Source of the DNA: Spirochaetia bacterium
GTDB lineage: Bacteria; Spirochaetota; Spirochaetia; CADAEX01
Direction of reading: 5' to 3'
DNA: 64,000 nt
Assembly: GCA_963662265.2 (NCBI GenBank)
Contig: CAXXHA010000039.1
Span: 1 to 64,000, forward strand
Below are positions 10,152-19,468 of this stretch, piece by piece. A program made the position numbers and the translations under genes. The stretch's first letter is position 1. Each line of letters begins with the position of its first letter. The notes below the pieces were generated by a model. That model saw only the letters and a list, made by a program, of their open reading frames with translations. It was not told the DNA's origin and ran no database searches.

Positions 10152-10214
10152 TATAATATTCGACAAAAATACGAACAATGTACGAAAAAAACACGAACAT
10201 TGTTCGAAAAAAGG
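10152..10214. promoter_or_regulatory. Candidate IclR operator array in a divergent promoter region
   Basis: TATAAT at 10152 followed by a 22-bp tandem pair: acgaacaatgtacgaaaaaaac and acgaacattgttcgaaaaaagg. The second unit contains the palindrome cgaaca-t-tgttcg. Confidence 0.55.
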
Positions 10215-10389
10215 TTTACAGGTGAAAATTCCTGTGTTATCATTGCTCCAATACAAAGAGTAAAGAGGGTTGGATTCAGCAGCTGTTTTGAATTTAATCT
10301 GCAGTAATAAAAACAAATAATACAAAAAACATACAGAAGAATATGAAAGGTGAAATGATAATTATTTTATCATTTTTACAGGGGGATAT

Positions 10390-11718
10390 ATGAATATACT
10401 TTCTTTTGATGTCGGGACATCTTCAGTAAAGCTTGCAGTGTTGGATGAAAACACAAAAATATTAGAAAGTGTAACTGTGGGATATCAATATGCAGTATCA
10501 AATAATGACTGGGTAGAACTTGATCCGGATGAAGTTTTCAACGCTATTGTTAAAGGTATAAGGAAACTGTCTGTTTATCATAATGATATCGGACTTGTCG
10601 GGTTTGATACTTTTTCACCGTCTGTTGTATTTATGGATATGGATGGCGCTGCTGTTCATCCAATAATTACTCATCTGGATAGAAGAAGCAAGAAGCAGAC
10701 CCGGGATATTCTTGAAACAATGGGCAAGGAGAAATTTCAGAGTATTACAGGTGTTCAGCCTTTTACCGGAGGAGTTTCTATTACTACCATACTCTGGATG
10801 AAGGAGAATAATCCTGAAATCTATAATTCAGCCTGTAAAATTGGACACCTTCCTACGTATATCTATAAAAAACTGACTGGTTGCTGGGCAATTGATCCTG
10901 TCAATGCATCAATGATGGGATTGTATGAAACAACTGAGTGGGGAAACTGGTCTGAAGAAATTCTTAATACATTTGATATATCCAGGGAAAAGCTTCCTGA
11001 AATATTTAATGCAGGTGAAATTTTAGGTGTTTTAAACAAGGAGATATCTGATTTAACAGGGCTTCCTGAAGGGATTCCTGTTGCTCTCGGATCAAATGAT
11101 GCGGCTGTAGCGCAGATCGGCGCAGGGAATAGAGAAGAAGGAGATATTCTTAATATTTCTGGAAGCAGTGAAATGATTTCAGTCATTTCTGAAAAACCTG
11201 TAATAAGTGACAGTTATTATCTCAGGAACTCTGTGATTCCCGGCAAATGGCAGATATTTGCAATAACTGTAGGCGGATTTGCAGTCGACTGGTTTCGGGA
11301 AGAATTTTACAAAGACATGGATAAGGAAGCTTTTTTTAAATCAGAAGTTCCTGATGTTATAGATAATTACGTGCTTGGCAGGAGTATTGAATTTTTACCT
11401 TATCTTGCAGGGGACCGTCAGTGTCTTACTCCCAAAAAAGCATCTTTTAACGGTATGACACTGGAAACCACACGTAAAGATCTTCTTGGTTCTATATTTC
11501 TCGGAATTCATGAACCTGTTATAGATACAATCGAATTAACAAAGAAATTTATGACTCATAACAGGAGTATTAAACTTACAGGCGGTATGACAACCGGGAG
11601 TTTTATTGATTTGAAGAAAAAACTGTTTCCCGGATTTGAATTTATTGTCAGGGATAACTGTCCCATTATAGGGAATGGAATATTAGCTCTTGATTCTCTG
11701 AAAAGCTATCAGAGATAG
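10390..11718 (+). CDS. FGGY-family carbohydrate kinase (divergent)
   Basis: FDVGTSSVK, HLDRRS, NASMMGLY, GSNDAA, FLPYLAGDR. Confidence 0.85.
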   Translation: MNILSFDVGTSSVKLAVLDENTKILESVTVGYQYAVSNNDWVELDPDEVFNAIVKGIRKLSVYHNDIGLVGFDTFSPSVVFMDMDGAAVHPIITHLDRRSKKQTRDILETMGKEKFQSITGVQPFTGGVSITTILWMKENNPEIYNSACKIGHLPTYIYKKLTGCWAIDPVNASMMGLYETTEWGNWSEEILNTFDISREKLPEIFNAGEILGVLNKEISDLTGLPEGIPVALGSNDAAVAQIGAGNREEGDILNISGSSEMISVISEKPVISDSYYLRNSVIPGKWQIFAITVGGFAVDWFREEFYKDMDKEAFFKSEVPDVIDNYVLGRSIEFLPYLAGDRQCLTPKKASFNGMTLETTRKDLLGSIFLGIHEPVIDTIELTKKFMTHNRSIKLTGGMTTGSFIDLKKKLFPGFEFIVRDNCPIIGNGILALDSLKSYQR

Positions 11719-11977
11719 GATGCGTAAAATTATATAAACATAAAGCAGTAATCCGGAAGAAATATATATAGCTGCATGTGTTTTTTTAAAGGAGGGATGT
11801 AAAGGAGGAATATTCCGTCTATTTGAAGTGAAATGAGCTTGTTATTCAAATCATTTCTTTCCAGCTAGATGAAGTTATTTTATAATTGATGAACTATTAT
11901 ATTTGTCTTGTTTTTGAATTATGAAAATCAGTTTATAGAGTTCATTAGTCTTTTAGTTATTTTTATGGAGGAATTCT

Positions 11978-13348
11978 ATGTTTATTATTGATGCCATGAT
12001 GGCAATATCTAATTTTCTCTGGGGTTACCCGATTCTTTTTATGACTTTCGGTCTTGCTATTTATTTTACTTTAAGACTTAAAGGTTTTCAGTTTGTTCAG
12101 CTGAATCATATTTTTAAAAATACTCTTGGTAAGATATTTGTTAAGGATGAAGCAAAAGGTGATATCAGTCCTTTTCAGGCAACATGTACAGCTCTTGCTT
12201 CAACTTTAGGTGTAGGTAATATTGCCGGTGTTGCTGTTGCTATTGCAATCGGGGGCCCTGGTGCAATTTTCTGGATGTGGTTTGTTGCTCTTCTGGGTCT
12301 TATTATGAAATATTCAGAAATTACTCTTGCTCAGAAATACAGAGAGCAGGATCCTGAAACAGGACAGTACAGAGGCGGTTTCATGTGGTATGTTAAAACC
12401 GGTCTCGGGAATAAATGGAAGCCCCTTGCAGCATTCTTTGCTTTTATTCTTGGATGCGGAATGGTATTTGCTCCTGCTGTACAGATTAACTCTGTAGCTG
12501 TTGCAATGACTACATATTTCCCTGTATCTCCTTTACTTATAGGTGTTATCTGTGCAGTTTTTATGGCTCTTGTACTTTTCGGAGGAATCAAGAGAATCGG
12601 TAAATTTGCAGAAACTGTTGTACCGTTCATGGCTCTTGCATATACCATCGTAAGTTTATTTATTATTGCAAAATACTTTACAGGTATTCCTGCTGCTTTT
12701 TCTCTTATCTTTAAAGATGCGTTTACAGGTACTTCTGCAACAGGAGGTTTTGTCGGTTCAACTGTTATGCTTGCTATTCGTTGGGGTCTTGCGCGAGGTG
12801 TATATTCTAACGAGGCAGGAACAGGTGTTGCAGCTCTTGCTCATGCATCAGCATCTGTTGATCACCCTGTAAAACAGGGTATATGGGGTATCATGGAAGT
12901 ATTTATTGATACAATTATTGTCTGTACAATGACAGCTCTTGTTATACTTCTTACAGGTGTCTGGGATTCAGGTTTATCAAGTTCAGCTCTTACAACATCA
13001 GCATTTGCAGTGGGTTTCGGAAGTGAGACTGCTGCTGGTATTTTTATCAGTGTAATTATTCTGTTCTTCGCTTTTACAACAGCTCTTGTAAATATTTATT
13101 ACGGCGAAGTATGTTTCACATTCCTGTTCGGTAAGAGAATTGTTCTTCCATACAGAGCCGTGGGATGTGCATTTGGAATTGCCGGATCTGTAGGTGCTGT
13201 CGCATTTCTCTGGGGACTGTTTGACTTCTTCTATGCTGTATGTATAGTCCTTAACCTTATTGTTATGTTTGCACTCAGAAAAGAGATCTTTGCCCTTACC
13301 AAAGATTATATAGAAAAATATATAAAACCGAAAAAAGTTAACAATTAA
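11978..13348 (+). CDS. Alanine/glycine:cation symporter (AGCS/AlsT family)
   Basis: LGVGNIAGVAVAIAIGGPGAIFWMW, RGVYSNEAGTG, FIDTIIVCTMT. Confidence 0.93.
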   Translation: MFIIDAMMAISNFLWGYPILFMTFGLAIYFTLRLKGFQFVQLNHIFKNTLGKIFVKDEAKGDISPFQATCTALASTLGVGNIAGVAVAIAIGGPGAIFWMWFVALLGLIMKYSEITLAQKYREQDPETGQYRGGFMWYVKTGLGNKWKPLAAFFAFILGCGMVFAPAVQINSVAVAMTTYFPVSPLLIGVICAVFMALVLFGGIKRIGKFAETVVPFMALAYTIVSLFIIAKYFTGIPAAFSLIFKDAFTGTSATGGFVGSTVMLAIRWGLARGVYSNEAGTGVAALAHASASVDHPVKQGIWGIMEVFIDTIIVCTMTALVILLTGVWDSGLSSSALTTSAFAVGFGSETAAGIFISVIILFFAFTTALVNIYYGEVCFTFLFGKRIVLPYRAVGCAFGIAGSVGAVAFLWGLFDFFYAVCIVLNLIVMFALRKEIFALTKDYIEKYIKPKKVNN

Positions 13349-13648
13349 GCTGATTTCAAAACTTGTTGTTTTGAAATAACAGGGGCTTTTAGAGAATATG
13401 AATTGTTCTGTATAACAATTTATATTCTCGACCCGGTAAAGTTTTCTGTAAAAAAACTTTTAATAAAAAGTCACCTGGTATCCGGAGAATCTGTTAAAGG
13501 GTTTTCCGGATAATACTTATGTATATTAGCAGAACATGATAAATACCTGTTTTTGTCATTAGCAGCATAATCTTTGTGAATAAGAGCGCTGTAAACTGTA
13601 CTGGGTAATGATAAGCACATGTTTTTATTATTGTTATAGGAGAGAAAA

Positions 13649-14803
13649 ATGGCAGCTATTTCAAAAACCAGCGATGCGATGCCCCGTTCTGAAATAAGAA
13701 AAATGGCATCTTTATCTGCAGGTATGTCAGACCTTGTAAGTTTTGTATACGGGGAGCCTGACTTTGTAACACCTCAAAATATAATTAATGTCGGTATAAA
13801 AACTCTTGAAAACGGGGAAACTTTTTACACACCCAATGCGGGAATGGATGTTCTTCGTAAGGCAGTTGCTGAAAGTTATAAATCAAGAAATCTTGATTAT
13901 TCATATAAAGATATAATTATTACAAGCGGAGCAGTTAATGCGCTGTTGCTTTCAATGATGGCTATTGTTGATCACGGCGATGAAATTATATATCCCGATC
14001 CAAGCTGGTCCAATTACATGGGAATGATTATGCAGGTCGGGGGAAATCCTGTTCCTGTTAAAGTCCATGAAAAAGACGGCTTTATGTATGATCTTGATAA
14101 TCTGAAGAATGCAATTACTGATAAAACAAAGGCAATTCTTCTTAATTCCCCTTCAAATCCGACAGGCGGTGTTGCAAGCAGGGAAAATCTTGAAGCTATA
14201 GCAAAGCTTTCTGTAGAGAAAGATCTGTTTATTATTACAGATGAAATATACAGAGACCTTATCTATACTGATGAAGAATATACAAGTATATCCTCTTTTG
14301 AAGGGATGAAGGAAAGAACAATTATTATTGACGGATTTTCAAAATCATATGCAATGACTGGATGGAGAGTGGGGTATGCTGCTGCTTCTGAAGAAATAAT
14401 AATTGTTATGACGAAGCTTCTGGAGAATGTTGTTTCATGTGTAAGTGCTGTTGCCCAGAATGGTGCAGTAGAGGCTCTTAAAGGTTCTCAGGCCCCGGTT
14501 GCAGAGATGAGGGCTCAGTATAAGAAAAGGCGGGATCTTCTGATTTCCGGATTGAACAATATTAAAAATATATCCTGTTCAATGCCTAAGGGGGCTTTTT
14601 ACGCTTTTGCAAATATCTCAAAAACCGGATTGAAGTCTGAGGACTTTGCCCATAGAATACTTGAAGAGAAAAAGGTTGTTCTTGTATCAGGAACAGGATT
14701 CGGCGAAGGCGGTGAAGGTTTTGTAAGGCTTTCTTATGCAACCTCTGAAGATAATATCAGGGAAGGTCTTAAACGAATTGAAGAATTTGTAGAAAGCCTT
14801 TAG
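13649..14803 (+). CDS. PLP-dependent class I/II aminotransferase (aspartate aminotransferase-like)
   Basis: GEPDF, NSPSNPTG, DEIY, GFSKSYAMTGWRVGY. Confidence 0.93.
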   Translation: MAAISKTSDAMPRSEIRKMASLSAGMSDLVSFVYGEPDFVTPQNIINVGIKTLENGETFYTPNAGMDVLRKAVAESYKSRNLDYSYKDIIITSGAVNALLLSMMAIVDHGDEIIYPDPSWSNYMGMIMQVGGNPVPVKVHEKDGFMYDLDNLKNAITDKTKAILLNSPSNPTGGVASRENLEAIAKLSVEKDLFIITDEIYRDLIYTDEEYTSISSFEGMKERTIIIDGFSKSYAMTGWRVGYAAASEEIIIVMTKLLENVVSCVSAVAQNGAVEALKGSQAPVAEMRAQYKKRRDLLISGLNNIKNISCSMPKGAFYAFANISKTGLKSEDFAHRILEEKKVVLVSGTGFGEGGEGFVRLSYATSEDNIREGLKRIEEFVESL

Positions 14804-14836
14804 CTCTTTCGGTAATGCTGATGTACAGGGGGAATT

Positions 14837-15607
14837 ATGTTAAATAAAGTAAAGGCAAAATTAAATAATAATGAATCGGTAATAGGAACATTTTTTGAAA
14901 TCGGCAGCAGCATAGCTGTTGAGAGTCTTGGAATTGCCGGACTTGATTTTCTTATTATAGATACTGAACATGGTCCTTTTGATGTTGAAAGCACTATGGA
15001 GTATATCAGAGCTGCTGAATTAAGGCAGATTGCCCCATTTGTCAGGACCAGGGATAAATCGCGGACCTCTATACTTAAAATGCTTGATATCGGAGCTGAG
15101 GGGCTGATTATCCCTTTTATCAAATCACTTACTGATGCAGAAGAGATAGTTGAGTACGGCAAGTATTATCCAGTAGGACAGCGCGGTTTCTTTTTCGGCC
15201 GGCCGGTCGCATATGGATATGAAGATACTGTAAAAGATCTTGATAATTATTTTAAGGTCTGTAACCGGGAAACTATGCTGATTCCTCAGTGTGAAACTGT
15301 CGGCTGTCTGGAAAATATAGAAGATATTGCTGCTCTTGAAGGAATTGACGGTATATTTGTCGGCCCATATGATCTTTCCATTGGAATGGGGAAGCCTGCT
15401 CAGTTTGATGATCCTGATTTTATCTCTGCGATAGACAGAATTCTGTCGGCGTGTAAGAATGCAGGTAAGCCGGCATTTATATACTGCGGTGATGCAGAAA
15501 CTGCAAAAAAATATATAAGCAGAGGTTTTAAGGGTGTCGGTATAGGAACTGATAATACAGTTTATATAAACGCATATAAGTCAATAATCAGTGAAGTTAA
15601 AAGATAA
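14837..15607 (+). CDS. HpcH/HpaI-family class II pyruvate aldolase
   Basis: IDTEHGP, LDIGAEG, GQRG, QCET, FVGPYDLS. Confidence 0.92.
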   Translation: MLNKVKAKLNNNESVIGTFFEIGSSIAVESLGIAGLDFLIIDTEHGPFDVESTMEYIRAAELRQIAPFVRTRDKSRTSILKMLDIGAEGLIIPFIKSLTDAEEIVEYGKYYPVGQRGFFFGRPVAYGYEDTVKDLDNYFKVCNRETMLIPQCETVGCLENIEDIAALEGIDGIFVGPYDLSIGMGKPAQFDDPDFISAIDRILSACKNAGKPAFIYCGDAETAKKYISRGFKGVGIGTDNTVYINAYKSIISEVKR

Positions 15608-15709
15608 AGAAATATATATAAGATTATTGGAGAGGCGGAAGCTGTCTCGTCCGGTTATGACCAGGGTATGATTTGTCTTCATATGCAGCCTGTTGCTGCA
15701 GCTTCATTA

Positions 15710-15735
15710 CAGCGTCCCTCTCGGGACGCTGCTTT
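15710..15735 (+). terminator. Probable intrinsic terminator after the aldolase
   Basis: cagcgtccc-tctc-gggacgctg followed by cttt; two further small hairpins flank it. Confidence 0.5.
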
Positions 15736-15829
15736 AAAACCTTAAGCCTTACCGCAAGGCTGTTATTGGAAAAAATGTTAAAAAAATTATTAAAAAAGTT
15801 ACAGGATAAAACGGAGGTATGTTCATATT

Positions 15830-16469
15830 ATGGCAAGGAATGTTCTTCTTAAAGGTTTTATAACCGGATTAATACTTCAGGCAGCAATAGGTCCGGTTTT
15901 TGTATTTATCCTGAATATTTCACTTCAATACGGTTTGTTAAACGGGTTATCTGCTGTCCTGGGAGTAACTGTTGTTGATTATCTGTATATTATTCTCGCA
16001 ATAGCAGGTGTCGGCAAAATCCTTGAAATTAAAAAAATAAAACGTATTTTTACTGTTTTGAGTTCCGCGGTGCTTGTTGTTTTCGGTGTTTTGCTGCTTG
16101 AAAACGGGATACAATTCAGCATGAACGGAAGCTTCTCTGTAAAGGAAGCTACTGTAATCAGCAGTTTTTTAAGTACATTTATCCTTACAGTTTCAAGTCC
16201 TCTTACAATTGTATTCTGGGCAAGTATTTTTACAAATAAAACTATAGAATATTCTCTTTGTAAAAAAGAACTTGTTTTTTTTCGGACTTGCTGCAGGCAC
16301 TGCTACATTTATATTTCTCGGTATAACAGTATCTGTTTTTTCTTATTTCAATTCTGTGATTCCTGAAATTGTATTTCAGATACTGAATATTGCGGTCGGA
16401 TTAATTCTTACTGGTTACGGTATAATTCGTATAAAAAAAGAACTGACACCTGTTTCTCTGAAAAAATAA
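15830..16469 (+). CDS. LysE-family exporter, split by a frameshift in a T-run near 16275-16282
   Basis: AIGPV...G..NG....GV..VD and SSPLTIVFW motifs. Removing one T joins the ORF to the 16272-16469 frame (ELVFFGLAAG). Confidence 0.82.
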
Positions 16470-16510
16470 TAATATCAAATAAAACTACTTATTGATGATC
16501 CTGTATATAT

Positions 16511-16648
16511 TACATAAATGTAAAATATGTAGGATTAATAATAAAATACTACATATTTGTAGGAATAATGTGATTTTAAGACCTTAGGGAAGTGAAAAAA
16601 ACACTTGTAAAAACTGTGATGATGTTTAAAAGCAATACATAAATGTAG
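16511..16648. promoter_or_regulatory. Three TACA-N4/5-TGTA palindromes upstream of the sigma54 promoter (candidate activator sites)
   Basis: tacataaatgta at 16511, ctacatatttgtag at 16549, tacataaatgtag at 16636. Confidence 0.45.
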
Positions 16649-16702
16649 TAAATGCTTGAAATACATAAAAAAACTAGCATATAAATATCATTTTTAAAAA
16701 AC

Positions 16703-16718
16703 TGGCACAAAGGATGCA
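16703..16718 (+). promoter_or_regulatory. Sigma54 (-24/-12) promoter of amtB-glnK
   Basis: TGGCACaaaggATGCA with GG at 16704-05 and GC at 16716-17, an exact GG-N10-GC spacing, upstream of nitrogen-regulated genes. Confidence 0.75.
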
Positions 16719-16751
16719 TATATTTTGCCAAACAGCAATGGAGGTAAATAT

Positions 16752-18080
16752 ATGCTGAAGAAAAAATTACTGCTTTTATTATTCGGACTGCTTTTAACGG
16801 CAGATGCATTCTGCGATGATGTTGTAAACGGAGAGATAATCCAGCAGATATTTGACTCATTCGATATGATCTGGCTTATTATTGCGGCAAGCCTTGTATT
16901 TTTCATGCAGGCCGGTTTTGCAATGGTTGAAACAGGGCTTACCAGGGCGAAAAATGCTGCAAATATTATCATGAAAAACCTGATGGATTTTTCAGGAGGA
17001 GCAATAATATATCTGTTTTTCGGCTGGGCAATTATGTATGGTGATTCTGTTTCAGGTCTTTTCGGATCATCACAGTTTTTTCTTTCAGGAGCTGATTCTA
17101 CAGTCTACAGGGACTGGATGTTCCAGGTCGTTTTTGCGGCTACTGCTGCGACAATAGTTTCAGGTGCAATGGCTGAAAGGACAAAGTTTTCATCCTATAT
17201 AATTTTCAGTCTTGTTATTTCAGGAATAATATATCCTGTATCAGGTCACTGGATATGGAGTTCTGATGGATGGCTTGCAGGTATGGGGTTCCATGATTTT
17301 GCAGGTTCAACTGTTGTACATTCCCTGGGCGGATGGGCTGCTTTATCAGGCGCTTATGTACTTGGCGGAAGAACCGGCAAATATGTGAGAAACGGCAAAG
17401 ATGTTGCTGTTCAGGCTATTCCGGCTCACAACCTGCCGCTTGCAAGTCTGGGCGTTTTTATTCTCTGGTTCGGATGGTACGGATTCAACTGCGGAAGTAC
17501 ACTTTCCGGAACTGATTCAGGAATTGCGATTGTAAGCTGTAAATACAACACTATCAGCCGCGGCAGGGGCAGTTTCTTCCATGGCTATGATCTGGATTCT
17601 TTCAGGCAAACCGGAGCCGAGTATGTCATTGAACGGTGCTCTTGCAGGCTTGTCGGAATTACAGCCGGATGCGCTGTAAGCTCTCCGATCGGATCAGTTT
17701 TTATAGGTATTGTTTCAGGTATGCTTGTTGTGCTTTCTGTTGAATTTATTGATAAGGTTCTTCATGTTGATGATCCTGTAGGTGCTGTTTCTGTACACGG
17801 TGTATGCGGTGTATGGGGGACAATTGCAGTCGGGCTTTTCGGTAATACTGAGGATATCAAAGGGTTATTTTACAGCGGAAATCCTGAGCAGCTGATTGTT
17901 CAGATTCTAGGCGCTGCTGCAGTATTTGCATGGGGTATAACTGTTTCTTTTGTTCTTTTTATGATTCTTAAGAAAACTGTCGGCCTTCGGGTGTCTGAAG
18001 ATGAAGAGCTTAAAGGGCTTGATATTACCGAGCATGGAAGCGAATCATATTACGGTTTTCAGATTTTTCAGAATCAGTAG
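16752..18080 (+). CDS. amtB: Ammonium transporter (contains two compensating indels at about 17535 and 17648)
   Basis: FFMQAGFAMVE, FAATAATIVSGAMAER, DFAGSTVVH, WFGWYGFN, DDPVGAVSVH. SD ggagg precedes ATG 16752. Confidence 0.95.
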   Translation: MLKKKLLLLLFGLLLTADAFCDDVVNGEIIQQIFDSFDMIWLIIAASLVFFMQAGFAMVETGLTRAKNAANIIMKNLMDFSGGAIIYLFFGWAIMYGDSVSGLFGSSQFFLSGADSTVYRDWMFQVVFAATAATIVSGAMAERTKFSSYIIFSLVISGIIYPVSGHWIWSSDGWLAGMGFHDFAGSTVVHSLGGWAALSGAYVLGGRTGKYVRNGKDVAVQAIPAHNLPLASLGVFILWFGWYGFNCGSTLSGTDSGIAIVSCKYNTISRGRGSFFHGYDLDSFRQTGAEYVIERCSCRLVGITAGCAVSSPIGSVFIGIVSGMLVVLSVEFIDKVLHVDDPVGAVSVHGVCGVWGTIAVGLFGNTEDIKGLFYSGNPEQLIVQILGAAAVFAWGITVSFVLFMILKKTVGLRVSEDEELKGLDITEHGSESYYGFQIFQNQ

Positions 18081-18098
18081 AACAGGGGAGGTGACAGA

Positions 18099-18440
18099 AT
18101 GAAACTTGTAGTAGCATATATACAGCCGCACAGGCTTAATGAAGTAAAAAAAGAACTTTATAAGGCAGAGATTTATAAGATGTCTGTAACAAATGCCATA
18201 GGCTGCGGTCAGCAGGAGGGTTACACCGAGCTTTACCGTGGTGTAAAAATGGAGGTCAACCTTCTTAAAAAAGTCAGGCTTGAAATAGCAGTAAATGAGA
18301 ATTTTGTAAAGCCTACGGTTGATGCAATTATGAATGGGGCAAGATCAGGCAAGATAGGGGATGGGAAGATTTTTGTTTTCCCTATTGAAGAATGTTACCG
18401 TATAAGAAGCGGTGAGACTGGCAGGAATGCCATTGGTTAG
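18099..18440 (+). CDS. glnK: P-II nitrogen regulatory protein
   Basis: T-loop [19 protein letters not shown]; adjacent to amtB. Confidence 0.93.
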   Translation: MKLVVAYIQPHRLNEVKKELYKAEIYKMSVTNAIGCGQQEGYTELYRGVKMEVNLLKKVRLEIAVNENFVKPTVDAIMNGARSGKIGDGKIFVFPIEECYRIRSGETGRNAIG

Positions 18441-18491
18441 TAATTAAGTATACGAGGCGTGTGCTTACAAAATAAAAAAAGTAAAAAATAA

Positions 18492-18542
18492 AAGGTGTCT
18501 GCACTTGAATAACCTTGGAGATTTTGTGCAGACACCTTCTTT
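18492..18542 (+). terminator. Hairpin terminator after glnK
   Basis: 13-bp stem aaggtgtctgcac / gtgcagacacctt followed by ctttatt. Confidence 0.6.
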
Positions 18543-18696
18543 ATTCGCAGGTCGGGTCTGATATTCGGCAACTTGCTGTGTAATTTTGAAAATAAGTAAG
18601 ATTTAGATTGTATATAGTTTTTGAGTTCAAGACCCGACATTCAATCCATTTCTTAAAGAACCACATACTCCGCTGCTTGCAGCGGGGTTGTTGATT
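18541..18696. repeat. Dispersed REP/MITE-like element, copy 1
   Basis: Starts ttattcgcaggtcgggtctgat (21/22 identical to 23388-23409) and ends in hairpin ctccgctgc-tt-gcagcgggg plus ttgttgatt. Confidence 0.55.
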
Positions 18697-18740
18697 CAGG
18701 AAGCCCAGTCCAGCCTGTTGATATTGCACTAAGAAGTCAA

Positions 18741-19304
18741 TCAGTCCCTCCTGATTTTTTCAACCGGAACGCAGATATCCACCAGGTGCTTTTTTTCGGG
18801 GTGGTCATCAGAATCATTTTTCTTCAATTCATAAGGCATGTTTTCTGCCGGATAATACCCGCTCCCCGGCATCCATGTTTCATACATATACTGCCATGCA
18901 CTACCGAATTCATCATCTGCCAGTTCAAAACTTCCTACTGCATATTCTCCCCCCTCCAGAATCATTGTTTTGATATAGCCAGGTGTTTCTGTGTTTTCCG
19001 GGACAGATATTGCCATCATCATTGTTTTTTCCCCTTCCGGACTGTCTTCAGTTTCAGGGTACATCACAAAGAGCCTTGTATTTTCAGGGAAATCCCACAG
19101 ATCTTCTTTAACAGCCCAGTCAAGAAGCGGTTCAAGTACAACATCATATATTTCCCCGTTGCCTTCAAAATCGCCTTTGTATTCTACATAGGCAACATTA
19201 TAATCAGGAATATTTTTTACTTCGATATTGTTTTTCCCTGTATTTGCACAACCTGCAAACATGATAGATCCTGCAAGAAATAGTGCTGAATGACTTAAAT
19301 TCAT
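18741..19304 (-). CDS. GyrI-like small-molecule-binding domain lipoprotein
   Basis: Start re-assigned to ATG 19304 after SD aaggag. Signal peptide with lipobox FAG-C. GyrI-like motifs GGEYAV, AWQYMYETWMPGSGY, YE...DICVPV. Confidence 0.8.
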   Translation of the reverse strand: MNLSHSALFLAGSIMFAGCANTGKNNIEVKNIPDYNVAYVEYKGDFEGNGEIYDVVLEPLLDWAVKEDLWDFPENTRLFVMYPETEDSPEGEKTMMMAISVPENTETPGYIKTMILEGGEYAVGSFELADDEFGSAWQYMYETWMPGSGYYPAENMPYELKKNDSDDHPEKKHLVDICVPVEKIRRD

Positions 19305-19468
19305 TTTATTCTCCTTATTTATCTGATAATGGCAGGATATACCGGCTGATAATTGAAGTCCTGTCTGATATTGCCTGAAATAAGGCATGATTTTTCCGAA
19401 AATAGCAATACTGATCATGTTTGCGTCTGAATTTGTAGTATTCCGGTTTTTCGTTGTATAATTCTGTC

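Noticed and set aside
10171-10214. Tandem 22-bp repeat as a mini CRISPR array
   Set aside because: Only two adjacent units, no spacers and no cas genes; it fits an operator.
15620-15765. Possible lysine riboswitch ahead of the LysE exporter (AGAGGC start, several hairpins)
   Set aside because: No L-box P1/P2 architecture or conserved downstream motifs; the hairpins are better explained as the terminator of the upstream operon.
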